This document shows, one piece after another, positions 25,094 through 34,362 of a stretch of 64,000 bases of DNA (within the stretch, counting starts at the first letter, position 1; each line of letters opens with the position of its first letter). This DNA is from a bacterium (lineage in GTDB: Bacteria > Actinomycetota > Thermoleophilia > Miltoncostaeales > Miltoncostaeaceae), in the NCBI GenBank assembly GCA_029977205.1, contig JAPOLI010000001.1, positions 35,540 through 99,539 on the forward strand, read 5' to 3'. A model generated the notes under the pieces. That model saw nothing but the letters and a program-made list of their open reading frames with translations, was not told the origin of the DNA and ran no database searches. The position numbers were made by a program, and so were the translations under genes.

Positions 25094-25795
25094 TCAGCCG
25101 GGGAGCCCGGCCACCTCCTGTGGGGCCAGGTCAAGGCGTGCGGCGAGCGCCGCCATCAGTTCCTGCTCCACGGCGTGCCGGTCGTCGGTGCCGCCCTCCG
25201 CGGCGATCGAGCTGGCCATCACCTCGGGTGCGCCACACGCGCTCATGCGGGCGAACCAGGCGAGGTCGGGGTCCACGTTGAGCCCGATCCCGTGCATCGA
25301 CACCCCCTCGGCCACCCGGATCCCCACGCTGCCGAGCTTCCGTCCTGCGACATAGGTGCCCATCGAGTCATGGTCGCTCACCGCCGCCGTGACCCCGCAG
25401 GCGTGGCAGGCGTCGGTCATGGCATCCACCAGGCTGCTGACGAACCGCCGCACCCCCGGCCCACGGCGGAGGTCCATGATCACGTACCCCGTCACCTGGC
25501 CCGGTCCATGCCAGGTCATCTGCCCACCCCGGTCGCTTGCGAGGCATGTGGCACCCAGGGCGGCGAGGGCTGCGTCATCCACGAACAGGTCGGCGCGGGT
25601 CCCGTGCCGACCGTAGGTGTAGACCGGGTCGTGCTCGAGCAGCCAGATCACCGCGGGGCTGTGCCCGGTGCGCACGAGGTCCGCCAGCCGCCTCTGCTCA
25701 TCCCATGCAGCCACGTAGTCGATGCGCGCCGTGCGGGCGATGAGCGCCGGTCGTGCACCATCGGTGGCGTCGGCGCCGGGGCCCACCGGCATCAC
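25094..25795 (-). CDS. lipB: Lipoyl(octanoyl) transferase
   Basis: Y..AW..Q........IWLLEH.PVYT.G...........RGGQ.T.HGPGQ..GY...D.. and ...KLGSVGIR motifs. The start overlaps the E2 stop. Confidence 0.9.
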   Translation of the reverse strand: MMPVGPGADATDGARPALIARTARIDYVAAWDEQRRLADLVRTGHSPAVIWLLEHDPVYTYGRHGTRADLFVDDAALAALGATCLASDRGGQMTWHGPGQVTGYVIMDLRRGPGVRRFVSSLVDAMTDACHACGVTAAVSDHDSMGTYVAGRKLGSVGIRVAEGVSMHGIGLNVDPDLAWFARMSACGAPEVMASSIAAEGGTDDRHAVEQELMAALAARLDLAPQEVAGLPG

Positions 25796-27177
25796 ACCAG
25801 CAGCGCGGCGGGGTGCTCCAGCAGCTCCGCCACGCGCCCGAGGAAGGTGGCGGCCTCGGCCCCATAGGCAATGCGGTGATCGACCGAGAGCGACAGCGTC
25901 ATGACGTCGCGCACCACGACGTGCCCATCCACCACGACGGGCGTGGGCACGGCCCGGCCAACCGCGAGGATCGCCGCTTCGCCGGGGTTGATCACCGCGC
26001 GGAACCGGTCGATGCCGAACATGCCGAGGTTCGTCACGGTGATGACCGAGCCCTCGAGCTCGTCGGGGCGCAGGTCACCTGCGCGCCCACGCCGCGCGAG
26101 GTCCCGCACCTCTGCGGCGATCGCAGGCACGCCCTTGCCGTCGGCCTCCCGGATGACCGGGACGATGAGCCCACCTGGCACGGATACGGCCACGCCCACA
26201 TCAACCGCGGCCGGCACCACGAACTCGTCCCCGTCGAGCCGCGACACCATGTCGGGCCGCTCACGCGCAGCCATTGCCACGGCGCGGATTACGAAGTCGT
26301 TCACGCTCGGGCGGTTCTGCTCGGGAAGCGCCACGCGCAGGTCGGCGCGCGCCGCGGCGAGGGCGGTGGTGTCGACATCGCGCTCAAGGGTGAAGTCGGG
26401 GATGGCGTTGGCCTCGTCCATGCGCGAGCGGATCGTGCGCTGGAGGCGGGAGAGCGGCGTGCGCTGCCCCGCGGGCCACGGGTCGAGTGGCACCGGTGCC
26501 GGGGGTGGGGGCGGTGCGGGCACCGGTGCGGCGTCCGGCGCGGCGACCGCTGCAGGCGCCTCCGACGTCGCCGGGGGTGCCGGGGCGGCAGCCCCGGGGA
26601 CGTCGCCCAGCATGGCTTCGACGTCGGCCTTCACGATGCGCCCGCCGGGTCCCGTGCCCCGGATCGTTGCGAGGTCGAGTCCGGCCCGCGCGGCGATGGT
26701 GCGGGCAAGCGGTGACGCTGCCACGTGCCCGCTCGTGGCGTGGACATCTGCGGGCGTGAAGGTGGCGGCGATGGCGTCGGCCGTGCCGTCATCCGCGGTG
26801 GGGATGCCCTGTGCCTCGTCGGCGGGTTCGGCGCCTGCGGGCACCGTGACGGCCTCGATCTCCTGCGTCGGCGCATCGGGCACCTCGATCACGCCCGTTG
26901 CCCCGGGGTCGTCCGCCTCAGCGCTGGGCGCGGGCTCCTGGCCGGCGCCCTCGCCGATCGCGGCGATCGGCGCGCCCACGTCCAGCACTGCGCCCTCTGC
27001 GGCGATGATGCGCAGGGTGCCCGATTCGGGGGCCTCCACCGTCATGGTGGCCTTGTCGGTCTCGATCTCCACGAGCGGCTCGCCCTTGGTCACGGCCTCG
27101 CCGTCGGCCTTGAGCCAGGTCAGCACCGTGCCCTCCTCCATGGTGTCGGAGAGCTTGGGCATGAGCATCTCGCTCAC
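25792..27177 (-). CDS. 2-oxo acid dehydrogenase E2 (dihydrolipoamide acyltransferase)
   Basis: Lipoyl domain (VEIETDKATMTVEAP), E3-binding domain (SPLARTIAARAGLDL..IRGTGPGGRIVKADV), and catalytic domain ending ...SLSVDHRIAYGAEAATFL. Confidence 0.9.
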   Translation of the reverse strand: MSEMLMPKLSDTMEEGTVLTWLKADGEAVTKGEPLVEIETDKATMTVEAPESGTLRIIAAEGAVLDVGAPIAAIGEGAGQEPAPSAEADDPGATGVIEVPDAPTQEIEAVTVPAGAEPADEAQGIPTADDGTADAIAATFTPADVHATSGHVAASPLARTIAARAGLDLATIRGTGPGGRIVKADVEAMLGDVPGAAAPAPPATSEAPAAVAAPDAAPVPAPPPPPAPVPLDPWPAGQRTPLSRLQRTIRSRMDEANAIPDFTLERDVDTTALAAARADLRVALPEQNRPSVNDFVIRAVAMAARERPDMVSRLDGDEFVVPAAVDVGVAVSVPGGLIVPVIREADGKGVPAIAAEVRDLARRGRAGDLRPDELEGSVITVTNLGMFGIDRFRAVINPGEAAILAVGRAVPTPVVVDGHVVVRDVMTLSLSVDHRIAYGAEAATFLGRVAELLEHPAALLV

Positions 27178-28175
27178 CGGGGCACCTCCCGTGCCAGGGT
27201 CGACATCACGGCAGCCACGACATCGGCGGGCTGGGGGATGGCGGCCTGCTCGAGGTTCTTCGCGTAGGGCATGGGGACATCAGCCGAGTTCACGCGCGCG
27301 ATGGGTGCGTCGAGCCAGTCGAAGCAGGCCTCATACAGATGTGCCGCCACCCCGGCGGCAATGCCGCACTCGGGCCAACCCTCGTCCACCACCACCGCGC
27401 GTGAGGTGCGGCGCACGCTCCCGGCGAGGGTGTCGAGGTCCAGCGGGCGGAACGTGCGCGGATCGATCACCTCGACCTCGACCCCCTGCGTGGCCAGCTG
27501 CTCGGCGGCGGCCAGCGCAACCCAGACCATGCGCGACGACGCGATGACCGTGCAGTCGCGCCCCGGACGCCGCACCACCGCCTGCCCGAAGGGCACCAGG
27601 TCGTCCTCACCGCCCACCGGGCCCTTCTTGCCATAGAGCCCTTCGCTTTCGAGCAGGATCACCGGGTCATCGTCGCGGATCGCGCTCTTCAGGAGCCCCT
27701 TGGCGTCGTCGGGCGTCGCCGGGACGGCCACCTTGAGGCCGGGCACGTGGGTGAACATGGCGTCGAGTGAGTGCGAGTGCTGCGCCGAGAGCTGGTGCCC
27801 CGCACCACCCGGCATGCGGATGACCATCGGCACGCTCACCTGCCCGCCGAACATGTAGTGGATCTTCGACGCGTTGCTCACGATCTGGTCCATCGCGACG
27901 AGGGCGAAGTTGACGGTCATGATCTCGATCACCGGCCGGAGGCCCGCCATCGCCGCGCCGATGCCAAGACCGGTGAACGCGGCCTCGGTGATGGGCGTGT
28001 CCACCACCCGCTCCTCGCCGAACTCGGCGAGGAGGCCCTTGGTCACCTTGAAGGCGCCCTCGAAGTGGCCGATGTCCTCGCCCATGAGGAAGACCGATTC
28101 ATCGCGGATCATCTCCTCCCGCAGCGCCTGGTTCAGCGCCTCCCGGTAGGTGACGGTGGCGGAATCCGCGCTCAT
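27174..28175 (-). CDS. 2-oxo acid dehydrogenase E1 component, beta subunit
   Basis: Internal ATG (M208 of ORF 27174..28796). YREALNQALREEM..D..VFLMGEDIG...GAFKVT.GL...FG..RV.DTPI.E and the C-terminal transketolase domain. ATGA overlap with E1 alpha. Confidence 0.9.
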   Translation of the reverse strand: MSADSATVTYREALNQALREEMIRDESVFLMGEDIGHFEGAFKVTKGLLAEFGEERVVDTPITEAAFTGLGIGAAMAGLRPVIEIMTVNFALVAMDQIVSNASKIHYMFGGQVSVPMVIRMPGGAGHQLSAQHSHSLDAMFTHVPGLKVAVPATPDDAKGLLKSAIRDDDPVILLESEGLYGKKGPVGGEDDLVPFGQAVVRRPGRDCTVIASSRMVWVALAAAEQLATQGVEVEVIDPRTFRPLDLDTLAGSVRRTSRAVVVDEGWPECGIAAGVAAHLYEACFDWLDAPIARVNSADVPMPYAKNLEQAAIPQPADVVAAVMSTLAREVPR

Positions 28176-29194
28176 GGCCGCATCAGCGCGCTGCCGCGTG
28201 CGTCGTCGTTCCACGGCTGGGCGTACACGCCGTCGGCGAGCTCCGCGATGGGAACCTCCGGGCTCTCCTGCGCGAACGCGGTGGCGTCGTCGACCACCTG
28301 GGCGACCTCCGCCTGCATCGCCGCGATGCCGTCCCCGTCCATGATGCCCTCGCCGAGCAGCACGCGCTCGAAGGTGACGAGCGGGTCGCGTGCCTGCCAC
28401 CGCTCCTTCTCCTCCGCCGCGCGCACGGTGTCCGGGTCGCTCATGGAGTGCCCGCGGTACCGGTAGGCAAGGAGTTCGACGCATGCGGGCCGCCGCTCGT
28501 CGCGTGCGAGCCGCGCCGCCTCCGACAGGGCTGCCCGGACGGCGAGCACGTCCATGCCGTCCACCTTCCACGACTCGATGTCGTATGCCGCGGCGCGCGG
28601 GAAGAAGTCCTCCGCTGCGGCGGCGCGCTCCACCGGCGTCCCCATCCCGTACTGGTTGTTGAGGATCAGGAAGACCATCGGGAGATCCCAGAGCCCGGCC
28701 ATGTTGAAGCACTCCGACACAACGCCCTGGTTCGCGGCCCCCTCCCCGAACATCGTCACCGAGACCTGCTCGGTGCCGCGGTATCGGGCGGCCCACCCGA
28801 GGCCGAGGGCCAGCGGCACCGCGCCGCCGACGATCCCGTAGCCGCCGTAGAAGCTGCGATCGAGGTCCATGAGGTGCATCGAGCCGCCACGCCCCCCGCA
28901 GATTCCCGTGGCACGTCCGAGCAACTCGGCCATGATCGCCCGGGGGTCGGTGCCGCGTGCGAGCGCCTGCCCATGCTCGCGGTAGGTGGAGGTGAGCGGG
29001 TCGTCCGCGCGCAGCGCCGACACGGTGCCGACGATCGCGGCCTCCTCGCCGATCGCCAGGTGGAGGAATCCGCCGATCCGGCCGGCCATGTACTCCTCCG
29101 CGGCACGCTCCTCGAACCGCCGGATGAGCGTCATCGTGCGGAAGATGTCGCGCATCTCATCGGGCGGCGGCACCGGTGGCGGCGATGCGCTCAT
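28172..29194 (-). CDS. 2-oxo acid dehydrogenase E1 component, alpha subunit (pyruvate/branched-chain/acetoin type; not resolvable by eye)
   Basis: TPP motif region GGYGIVGGAVPLALG...FGEGAANQG..E.FN.A and YRY.GHSMSD. The start is taken at M16 because it forms an ATGA overlap with the GNAT stop. Confidence 0.9.
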   Translation of the reverse strand: MSASPPPVPPPDEMRDIFRTMTLIRRFEERAAEEYMAGRIGGFLHLAIGEEAAIVGTVSALRADDPLTSTYREHGQALARGTDPRAIMAELLGRATGICGGRGGSMHLMDLDRSFYGGYGIVGGAVPLALGLGWAARYRGTEQVSVTMFGEGAANQGVVSECFNMAGLWDLPMVFLILNNQYGMGTPVERAAAAEDFFPRAAAYDIESWKVDGMDVLAVRAALSEAARLARDERRPACVELLAYRYRGHSMSDPDTVRAAEEKERWQARDPLVTFERVLLGEGIMDGDGIAAMQAEVAQVVDDATAFAQESPEVPIAELADGVYAQPWNDDARGSALMRP

Positions 29195-29748
29195 CGGTTC
29201 TCCGCGAGGTGCAGCTCGACGACGGTCACATCGCGCCATGCGCCATCCACGTGGCCGTGCGCGTGGTGGGTACCGACCTCCCGGAAGCCGCGCCCGCGCG
29301 CGAGCGCGAGGCCGGCCTCATTCCCCTCCAGGATCATCCCCACGAGCTTCCAGTACCCCAGCCCCGGTGCCTCACCGATCAGGTGATCGAGCATCTGCCC
29401 GCCGACCCCGCCACCCTGCGCGCTGCTGGACACATACACGGTGTACTCCGCCACGCCGTCGTACCACTCGCGGTGCGAGAACGGAGCGAGTGCCGCCCAT
29501 GCGATGGCGGTGCCGTCCGCGTCCAGCACCCATACCGGTGCGCGCTCGCCCCGCGCGGCCAGCCACGTGCGTCGCTCGGCAGCGTCGTGAGGGCCAGCGG
29601 CGAAGGTGGCGACGCCCGTGGCGATCGCGTCGTCGTAGATGGCACCGATCGCCCCGGCATCCCGGGGTTCGGCCCTGCGGATGAGGTGATCGGGCGTCGG
29701 CACGCGGACCAGCATAGAACGGCTGGACCCCACGCCGACGCCGTTCAT
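29191..29748 (-). CDS. GNAT N-acetyltransferase (phosphinothricin/PAT-like subfamily)
   Basis: IRRAEPRDAGAIGAIYDDAI...ATF......ERRTWL...............GVAEYTVYV....QGGGVGGQML. The start is either 29748 (TGATG junction with htrA) or M12 at 29715. Confidence 0.8.
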   Translation of the reverse strand: MNGVGVGSSRSMLVRVPTPDHLIRRAEPRDAGAIGAIYDDAIATGVATFAAGPHDAAERRTWLAARGERAPVWVLDADGTAIAWAALAPFSHREWYDGVAEYTVYVSSSAQGGGVGGQMLDHLIGEAPGLGYWKLVGMILEGNEAGLALARGRGFREVGTHHAHGHVDGAWRDVTVVELHLAENR

Positions 29749-30971
29749 CAGCCCGTCCCGAGGTCCGCGGGGCGGTCCTCCAGGCGCAGCGTCACGGTCT
29801 TCTCCTGGCCGTCCCGCAGCACGGTGACGGTGATCGACTCGCCTACGCGCCGGCCCGTTACCGCCCGGCTGACGTCGGCCATGTCCGCCACGGCCGTCCC
29901 GTTGATGGCCACGATGAGGTCGGCCCCGCGCGGGATGTCCGCCCCGGGCGCCGTTGCCCCTCTCAGGCCGGCGTCGGCGGCCGGGGCACCCGCCACGACC
30001 TCGGTGATCACCACGCCGCGACGGTCCCCGAGCTCAAGCGCCCTCGCCATGGCAGGTGTGAGCCGTCGGCCCGTGATCCCGATCCAGGCGTGCTCCGCAG
30101 AGCCGTCCTCGATGATCGATCGTACGATCGGCCTGATGGTGTCAATCGGCACCGCGAAGCCGAGGCCCACGTTGCCCCCGTTCTGCGTGGCGATCTGGGA
30201 GTTCATGCCGATCACGCGCCCCGCGCGGTCGAAGAGCGGTCCGCCGGAGTTGCCCTGGTTGATCGCGGCATCGGTCTGGATGGCGTTCTGGATGGTGAAC
30301 CCGTTGGGCGCCTCGATGGACCGCTCGAGGGCGGAGACGATGCCGGTCGTCGCCGTGCGCTCGAGGCCATAGGGGTTGCCGATTGCCACGACCTCCTGCC
30401 CCACCACGAGCCCGCTGCTCGATCCGAGCTGCACCGGGGTGACGCCGCCGGGCACCGCACCCACCCTGAGCACGGCGAGGTCGGTGGACGTGTCGACGCC
30501 CACGGTCTGCGCCGTCGCCTCGGTGCCGTCGGAGAAGGTCACCGTCGTCGTGGTGCCGCCGTCAACCACGTGCGCGTTGGTGAGGATGTGACCGTCGCGG
30601 TCGATGAGGAATCCCGACCCCAGGCCACCGTCGCCGGCTTTCGACGTTGCTTTGATGAGGACCACGGCGGGCGATTCGCGTCGGACGATCTCCTTCACCG
30701 AGAGGGCACCGGTGCCCTGCACGGCGTCCTCGGCGACCACGGCGGCGTCTGATGGCGCGACGGTCGTGGCGTTTGCCGGTGCCGTGTCGCGGATCACCGT
30801 GACCTCGCCGCCGCCGATTCCGCCGGACACGGCCAGTGCGCCGACCGCCACGCCCGCGCCGACCAGCGCGGGGATCACCAGGGCCACGATTTGGCGACCT
30901 CGGGACGGCCTCTCGGGTGGCGATCCCGGTGCGGGTGGCTCGTGCATGCCCGGGTTGTACCGCGTGAGCAT
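29748..30971 (-). CDS. HtrA/DegP-family trypsin-like serine protease with a C-terminal PDZ domain and N-terminal membrane anchor
   Basis: TNAHVV (His), D.AVL (Asp), GNSGGPL (Ser), and a PDZ segment GVVITEVVAGAPAADAGL. An alternative start is M9 (30947). Confidence 0.85.
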   Translation of the reverse strand: MLTRYNPGMHEPPAPGSPPERPSRGRQIVALVIPALVGAGVAVGALAVSGGIGGGEVTVIRDTAPANATTVAPSDAAVVAEDAVQGTGALSVKEIVRRESPAVVLIKATSKAGDGGLGSGFLIDRDGHILTNAHVVDGGTTTTVTFSDGTEATAQTVGVDTSTDLAVLRVGAVPGGVTPVQLGSSSGLVVGQEVVAIGNPYGLERTATTGIVSALERSIEAPNGFTIQNAIQTDAAINQGNSGGPLFDRAGRVIGMNSQIATQNGGNVGLGFAVPIDTIRPIVRSIIEDGSAEHAWIGITGRRLTPAMARALELGDRRGVVITEVVAGAPAADAGLRGATAPGADIPRGADLIVAINGTAVADMADVSRAVTGRRVGESITVTVLRDGQEKTVTLRLEDRPADLGTG

Positions 30972-30997
30972 TAGGGCCGGGTTAGGACCGGTAGCAT
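30971..30997 (+). promoter_or_regulatory. Two direct repeats TTAGG(G/A)CCGG with 11-bp spacing (30971-30980 and 30982-30991), abutting a TAGCAT -10-like hexamer 6 nt before the response-regulator ATG
   Basis: Read directly from the sequence: cattagggccgggttaggaccggtagcatcgcggcATG. The 11-bp register is typical of OmpR/PhoB-family sites. The -10/ATG spacing suggests a leaderless transcript. Confidence 0.3.
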
Positions 30998-31003
30998 CGC
31001 GGC

Positions 31004-31702
31004 ATGGCCGAACGGGTGCTGGTGGTGGACGATGAGCAGTCGATCCGCAAGGTGGTGGAGTACGCCCTGACGGAGGGTGGCTTCGAGGTGCTCACCGCCA
31101 GCCGCGGCGACGACGCCCTCGAGATGATGGAGAAGGAGCCAGTCGACCTCGTCGTGCTCGACCTCATGCTTCCGGGTGTCGAGGGGATGGAGGTGTGCCG
31201 TCGCATCCGCGCGACGCGCAACGTCCCCATCATCATGCTGTCGGCCCGCGACGACGAGGTCGACAAGGTCCTTGGGCTCGAGATGGGCGCGGATGACTAC
31301 GTCACGAAGCCGTTCTCCCCGCGGGAGCTGGTGTCACGGGTGAAGGCGAACCTGCGCCGCGCCCGGACGGTGCCGACGCAGGAGGACCCGATTCGCGTCG
31401 GGGACGTCGAGGTGGATCCGGCTGCACGCACCGTGGTGCGTGACGGCGAGGACATCCCGCTCACGTTCTCGGAGTTCGAGATCCTGCTCAAGCTGCTGAA
31501 GTCGCCCCGGCGGGTCTTCACCCGCGAGGAGCTGATGGACCACCTCTGGGACGGAGCCTTCTACGGCGACCTGCGGAGCGTGGACGTGCACGTCCGGCAC
31601 CTGCGCCAGAAGATCGAACGCGACCCTGCGAACCCGGTGATCATCCGCACGGTCCGCGGCGTCGGATACGCGCTCGGCCGGGAGGACGGGGCGGCGGAGT
31701 GA
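31004..31702 (+). CDS. OmpR/PhoB-family response regulator
   Basis: Receiver domain (VLVVDDE...DLVVLDLMLPG...KPF) and winged-helix output domain (LT..EF.IL..L......VF.R..L........Y....R.VDVH...LR.K). Confidence 0.9.
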   Translation: MAERVLVVDDEQSIRKVVEYALTEGGFEVLTASRGDDALEMMEKEPVDLVVLDLMLPGVEGMEVCRRIRATRNVPIIMLSARDDEVDKVLGLEMGADDYVTKPFSPRELVSRVKANLRRARTVPTQEDPIRVGDVEVDPAARTVVRDGEDIPLTFSEFEILLKLLKSPRRVFTREELMDHLWDGAFYGDLRSVDVHVRHLRQKIERDPANPVIIRTVRGVGYALGREDGAAE

Positions 31703-33492
31703 TCCGCCCCCGGGCACGCACCGGGCTCCAGACCTGGCTCATCGGGTCGTTCATCACGCTGGGCGTCGCGGCGAGCCTCCTGATGTTCCTCGTCCTTCTC
31801 CCGACCCTCGAGGGCAGCGTCGTGTCGGGGGCCAGCGAGCGCACCTCCCAGGCCACTATCCGCGTGCTGGAGGACCTCTCGGAGGTGCCGGGGGAGGGGT
31901 ACGGACTGAGCGATGCCGAGGGTGATGCCTACGTCGCACGCCTGGCGTCCGAGGCACGTGGCGCGGCCCGGTACTACGACGTGGCCACCGGCTGGCACGC
32001 GGCGAACCTCTCGTCTGCACCCGGTGCCTTCCCCGCTGATGCGCTGACCCAGGAGGGCGACCTCGCCGACAAGTCGGTGTCGCCGTCGCCGGTGCGCACG
32101 CGGGTGGCTGAGGGCCCGGGCGATGCGCGCACGGTGTTCTCCGCGGTGCGCGTGACCCAGGGCGGCACGGTGGTGGGTATCGCAGAGGTCGCCGTGCCCG
32201 TGCCCCCTCCAGCGGCCGAGATCGGTGCCCTGCAGCGGCGGGTGCTGTTCGCGGTCGTCGCGGTGCTGCTCCTCGCCACCGTCGCCGGAGTCGCGCTCTC
32301 GCGGGTGCTCGGACGGCGCATCGCCCGCGTTGCAGATACGGCGACGACGCTGTCGGGTGGTGATCTCTCGGCCCGTGCGCCGGAGTCGTCTCCGCGCGAG
32401 GTGGCCACGCTCGCGAATGGACTCAACCGGATGGCCGATCGCGTCGAGGACCTCATCGGCACGGTGACGGGCGAGCGCGATCGCGCGCGCACCCTTGTGT
32501 CAGGGCTTGCGGAGGGGGTGCTCATGATCGACCCCGAGGACGAGGTCGTGGTGGCGAACGGCGCCGCCGTGCGGATGCTCGGTCTCGCCCCCGGGCGCGA
32601 TGCCCACATGGCCGACCTCGACCCCGACCTCGTGGATCTCGTCGGCCGCGCGCGCGCGGAGGGTCAGCCGCTCGATGGACCGGAGCTCACCACCGGCTTT
32701 GGCGCCCTCGCCGTGGAGGCGGTGCCGCTCTCCGAGCCGGCCGGCACCGTCATCCTCACGATCCGCGACGTCACCCAGGAGCGGGCTCTCGAGCGGACGC
32801 GCAGGGAGTTGGTGGCCAATGTCTCGCACGAGCTCAAGACGCCCGTCGCTGCCATCCGCGGTCTGCTCGAGCTCATGGAGGACGATGCGATGCCGGAGGA
32901 GGATCGCCGTGAGTTCGTGCGTCTCATGAGCGCGGAGTCCGCCCGGCTGCAGCGCCTGGTCGAGGAGCAGCTGCAGCTCGCGCGACTCGATTCCGGGGGC
33001 CTTCCCCTCGAGCGCGAGCCGATGGATCTCGCGGCCACCGTCAGGGCGGCGGCGCGCCCGCGGGCCCTGCTGGCCGAGCGCGAGGGCGTGACCCTCGGCA
33101 TCGAGGCGTCATCGCCCGTTCCCATGGAGGGTGATCCCTCACGCCTCGAGCAGGTGCTCCTGATCCTGCTCGACAACGCTGCGCGGCACACCCCGGCCGG
33201 CGGCACGATCACCGTGGAGGCGCATGTGGAGGGAGGCGACGCCGTGATGTCGGTCACCGACACCGGCGAGGGGATCGACGCCGACGCCATCGACAGCGTG
33301 TTCGATCGCTTCTACCGCGCGGACGCATCACGGGAGCGCGTGGACCAGCAGGGAGCGGGCCTGGGGCTGGCGATCGCGCGCGGCATCGTGCGTGCCCACG
33401 GCGGCGATATCTCGGTGCGCTCCGATCCGGGACGCGGCAGCGTCTTCACCGTGCGGCTGCCGCGCGATGCGTCGGTAGGCTCCGCGTCGTGA
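31699..33492 (+). CDS. Sensor histidine kinase (2 TM, extracytoplasmic domain, HAMP, HisKA, HATPase_c)
   Basis: H-box SHELKTPVAAI, N-box LLDNAARHTP, G-boxes DTGEGID and GAGLGLAI. GTGA overlap with the response-regulator stop. Confidence 0.9.
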   Translation: MIRPRARTGLQTWLIGSFITLGVAASLLMFLVLLPTLEGSVVSGASERTSQATIRVLEDLSEVPGEGYGLSDAEGDAYVARLASEARGAARYYDVATGWHAANLSSAPGAFPADALTQEGDLADKSVSPSPVRTRVAEGPGDARTVFSAVRVTQGGTVVGIAEVAVPVPPPAAEIGALQRRVLFAVVAVLLLATVAGVALSRVLGRRIARVADTATTLSGGDLSARAPESSPREVATLANGLNRMADRVEDLIGTVTGERDRARTLVSGLAEGVLMIDPEDEVVVANGAAVRMLGLAPGRDAHMADLDPDLVDLVGRARAEGQPLDGPELTTGFGALAVEAVPLSEPAGTVILTIRDVTQERALERTRRELVANVSHELKTPVAAIRGLLELMEDDAMPEEDRREFVRLMSAESARLQRLVEEQLQLARLDSGGLPLEREPMDLAATVRAAARPRALLAEREGVTLGIEASSPVPMEGDPSRLEQVLLILLDNAARHTPAGGTITVEAHVEGGDAVMSVTDTGEGIDADAIDSVFDRFYRADASRERVDQQGAGLGLAIARGIVRAHGGDISVRSDPGRGSVFTVRLPRDASVGSAS

Positions 33493-34361
33493 GCACCCCG
33501 GTCGCATTGGTCACCGGCGCCGGCCGCGGGGTCGGGCGCGCCACCGCCGAGCGCATGGCGCGTGGAGGCTACGCCGTGGTCGCGGGCGTGCGCGATCTCG
33601 CTCGCGCCAACGAGGAGTACGACGACCCCTCTGCGCTCACCCTGGTGGAACTCGATGTCACGCGCCCCGCCGACATCACAGCCGCCGCCGCCGTAGCCAC
33701 CGATCTGGCAGGTGGCGGGGCGATCGACGTGCTCGTCAACAACGCCGCCTACGCGATGATGGGCCCGCAGGAGAGCGGGGACCTCGAGGTGGCGCGCGAG
33801 ATGTTCGAGACCAACGTGTGGGGTGCCGCCGCCATGGTGCAGGCGGTGGTGCCCGCCATGCGCGCGGCCCGCCGCGGCACCGTGGTCAGCGTGTCATCGA
33901 TCGGCGCGCGGCTGACGAATCCCCTCGTCGGCTTCTACCACGCGTCGAAGTACGCCCTGAACGCACTCTCGGAGGCGCTCTCAGCGGAGATGGGCCCGTT
34001 CGGCGTCCGGGTGATCATGATCGAGCCCGGGATGATCGATACCGACTTCCCGAGCGCCACGCGCGTCAGTGGTGGCGTCACCGACCCGGACTCCCCATAC
34101 GCACCGTTGTTCGGGGACCTCCGCGCGGGCTTCGGTGCATGGCGCGAGCGCCCCGACTCGAGTACCGCGGCCTCGTGCGCCGAGGCGATCTGGGATGCCA
34201 TCCACGCGGACCCGCCGCCCCTGCGCGTGGTGGTAGGCGACGACGCCGCGGAGCTCGACGAGGCGATCCGCACCTCGGTGGACGACGTCGAGTTCCAGGA
34301 ACGCCTGCGCGGCTTCCTCGGGCTCGACTGGGCACCGCAGCCCCCCGCGCCCCGCGCCTGA
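33489..34361 (+). CDS. Short-chain dehydrogenase/reductase (SDR)
   Basis: TGAGRGVG cofactor motif, NNAA, and the catalytic YHASKYAL. Confidence 0.85.
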   Translation: MSTPVALVTGAGRGVGRATAERMARGGYAVVAGVRDLARANEEYDDPSALTLVELDVTRPADITAAAAVATDLAGGGAIDVLVNNAAYAMMGPQESGDLEVAREMFETNVWGAAAMVQAVVPAMRAARRGTVVSVSSIGARLTNPLVGFYHASKYALNALSEALSAEMGPFGVRVIMIEPGMIDTDFPSATRVSGGVTDPDSPYAPLFGDLRAGFGAWRERPDSSTAASCAEAIWDAIHADPPPLRVVVGDDAAELDEAIRTSVDDVEFQERLRGFLGLDWAPQPPAPRA

Positions 34362-34362
34362 G

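Noticed and set aside
25901-27547. 548-aa + strand ORF over the E2 and E1beta genes (and 25753..26715)
   Set aside because: The composition is Ser/Ala/Arg/Pro-rich low complexity, and it is antisense to well-supported genes.
27174-28796. 5' extensions of maximal ORFs, which suggest much longer proteins. Examples are 27174..28796, 39182..40768, 60318..62339, 1788..3974, 4438..6048, 18601..20070 and 40102..42135.
   Set aside because: The extensions are out-of-frame read-through of the upstream gene or of intergenic DNA. Internal starts that give ATGA/GTGA overlaps, and family-typical N-termini, were used instead.
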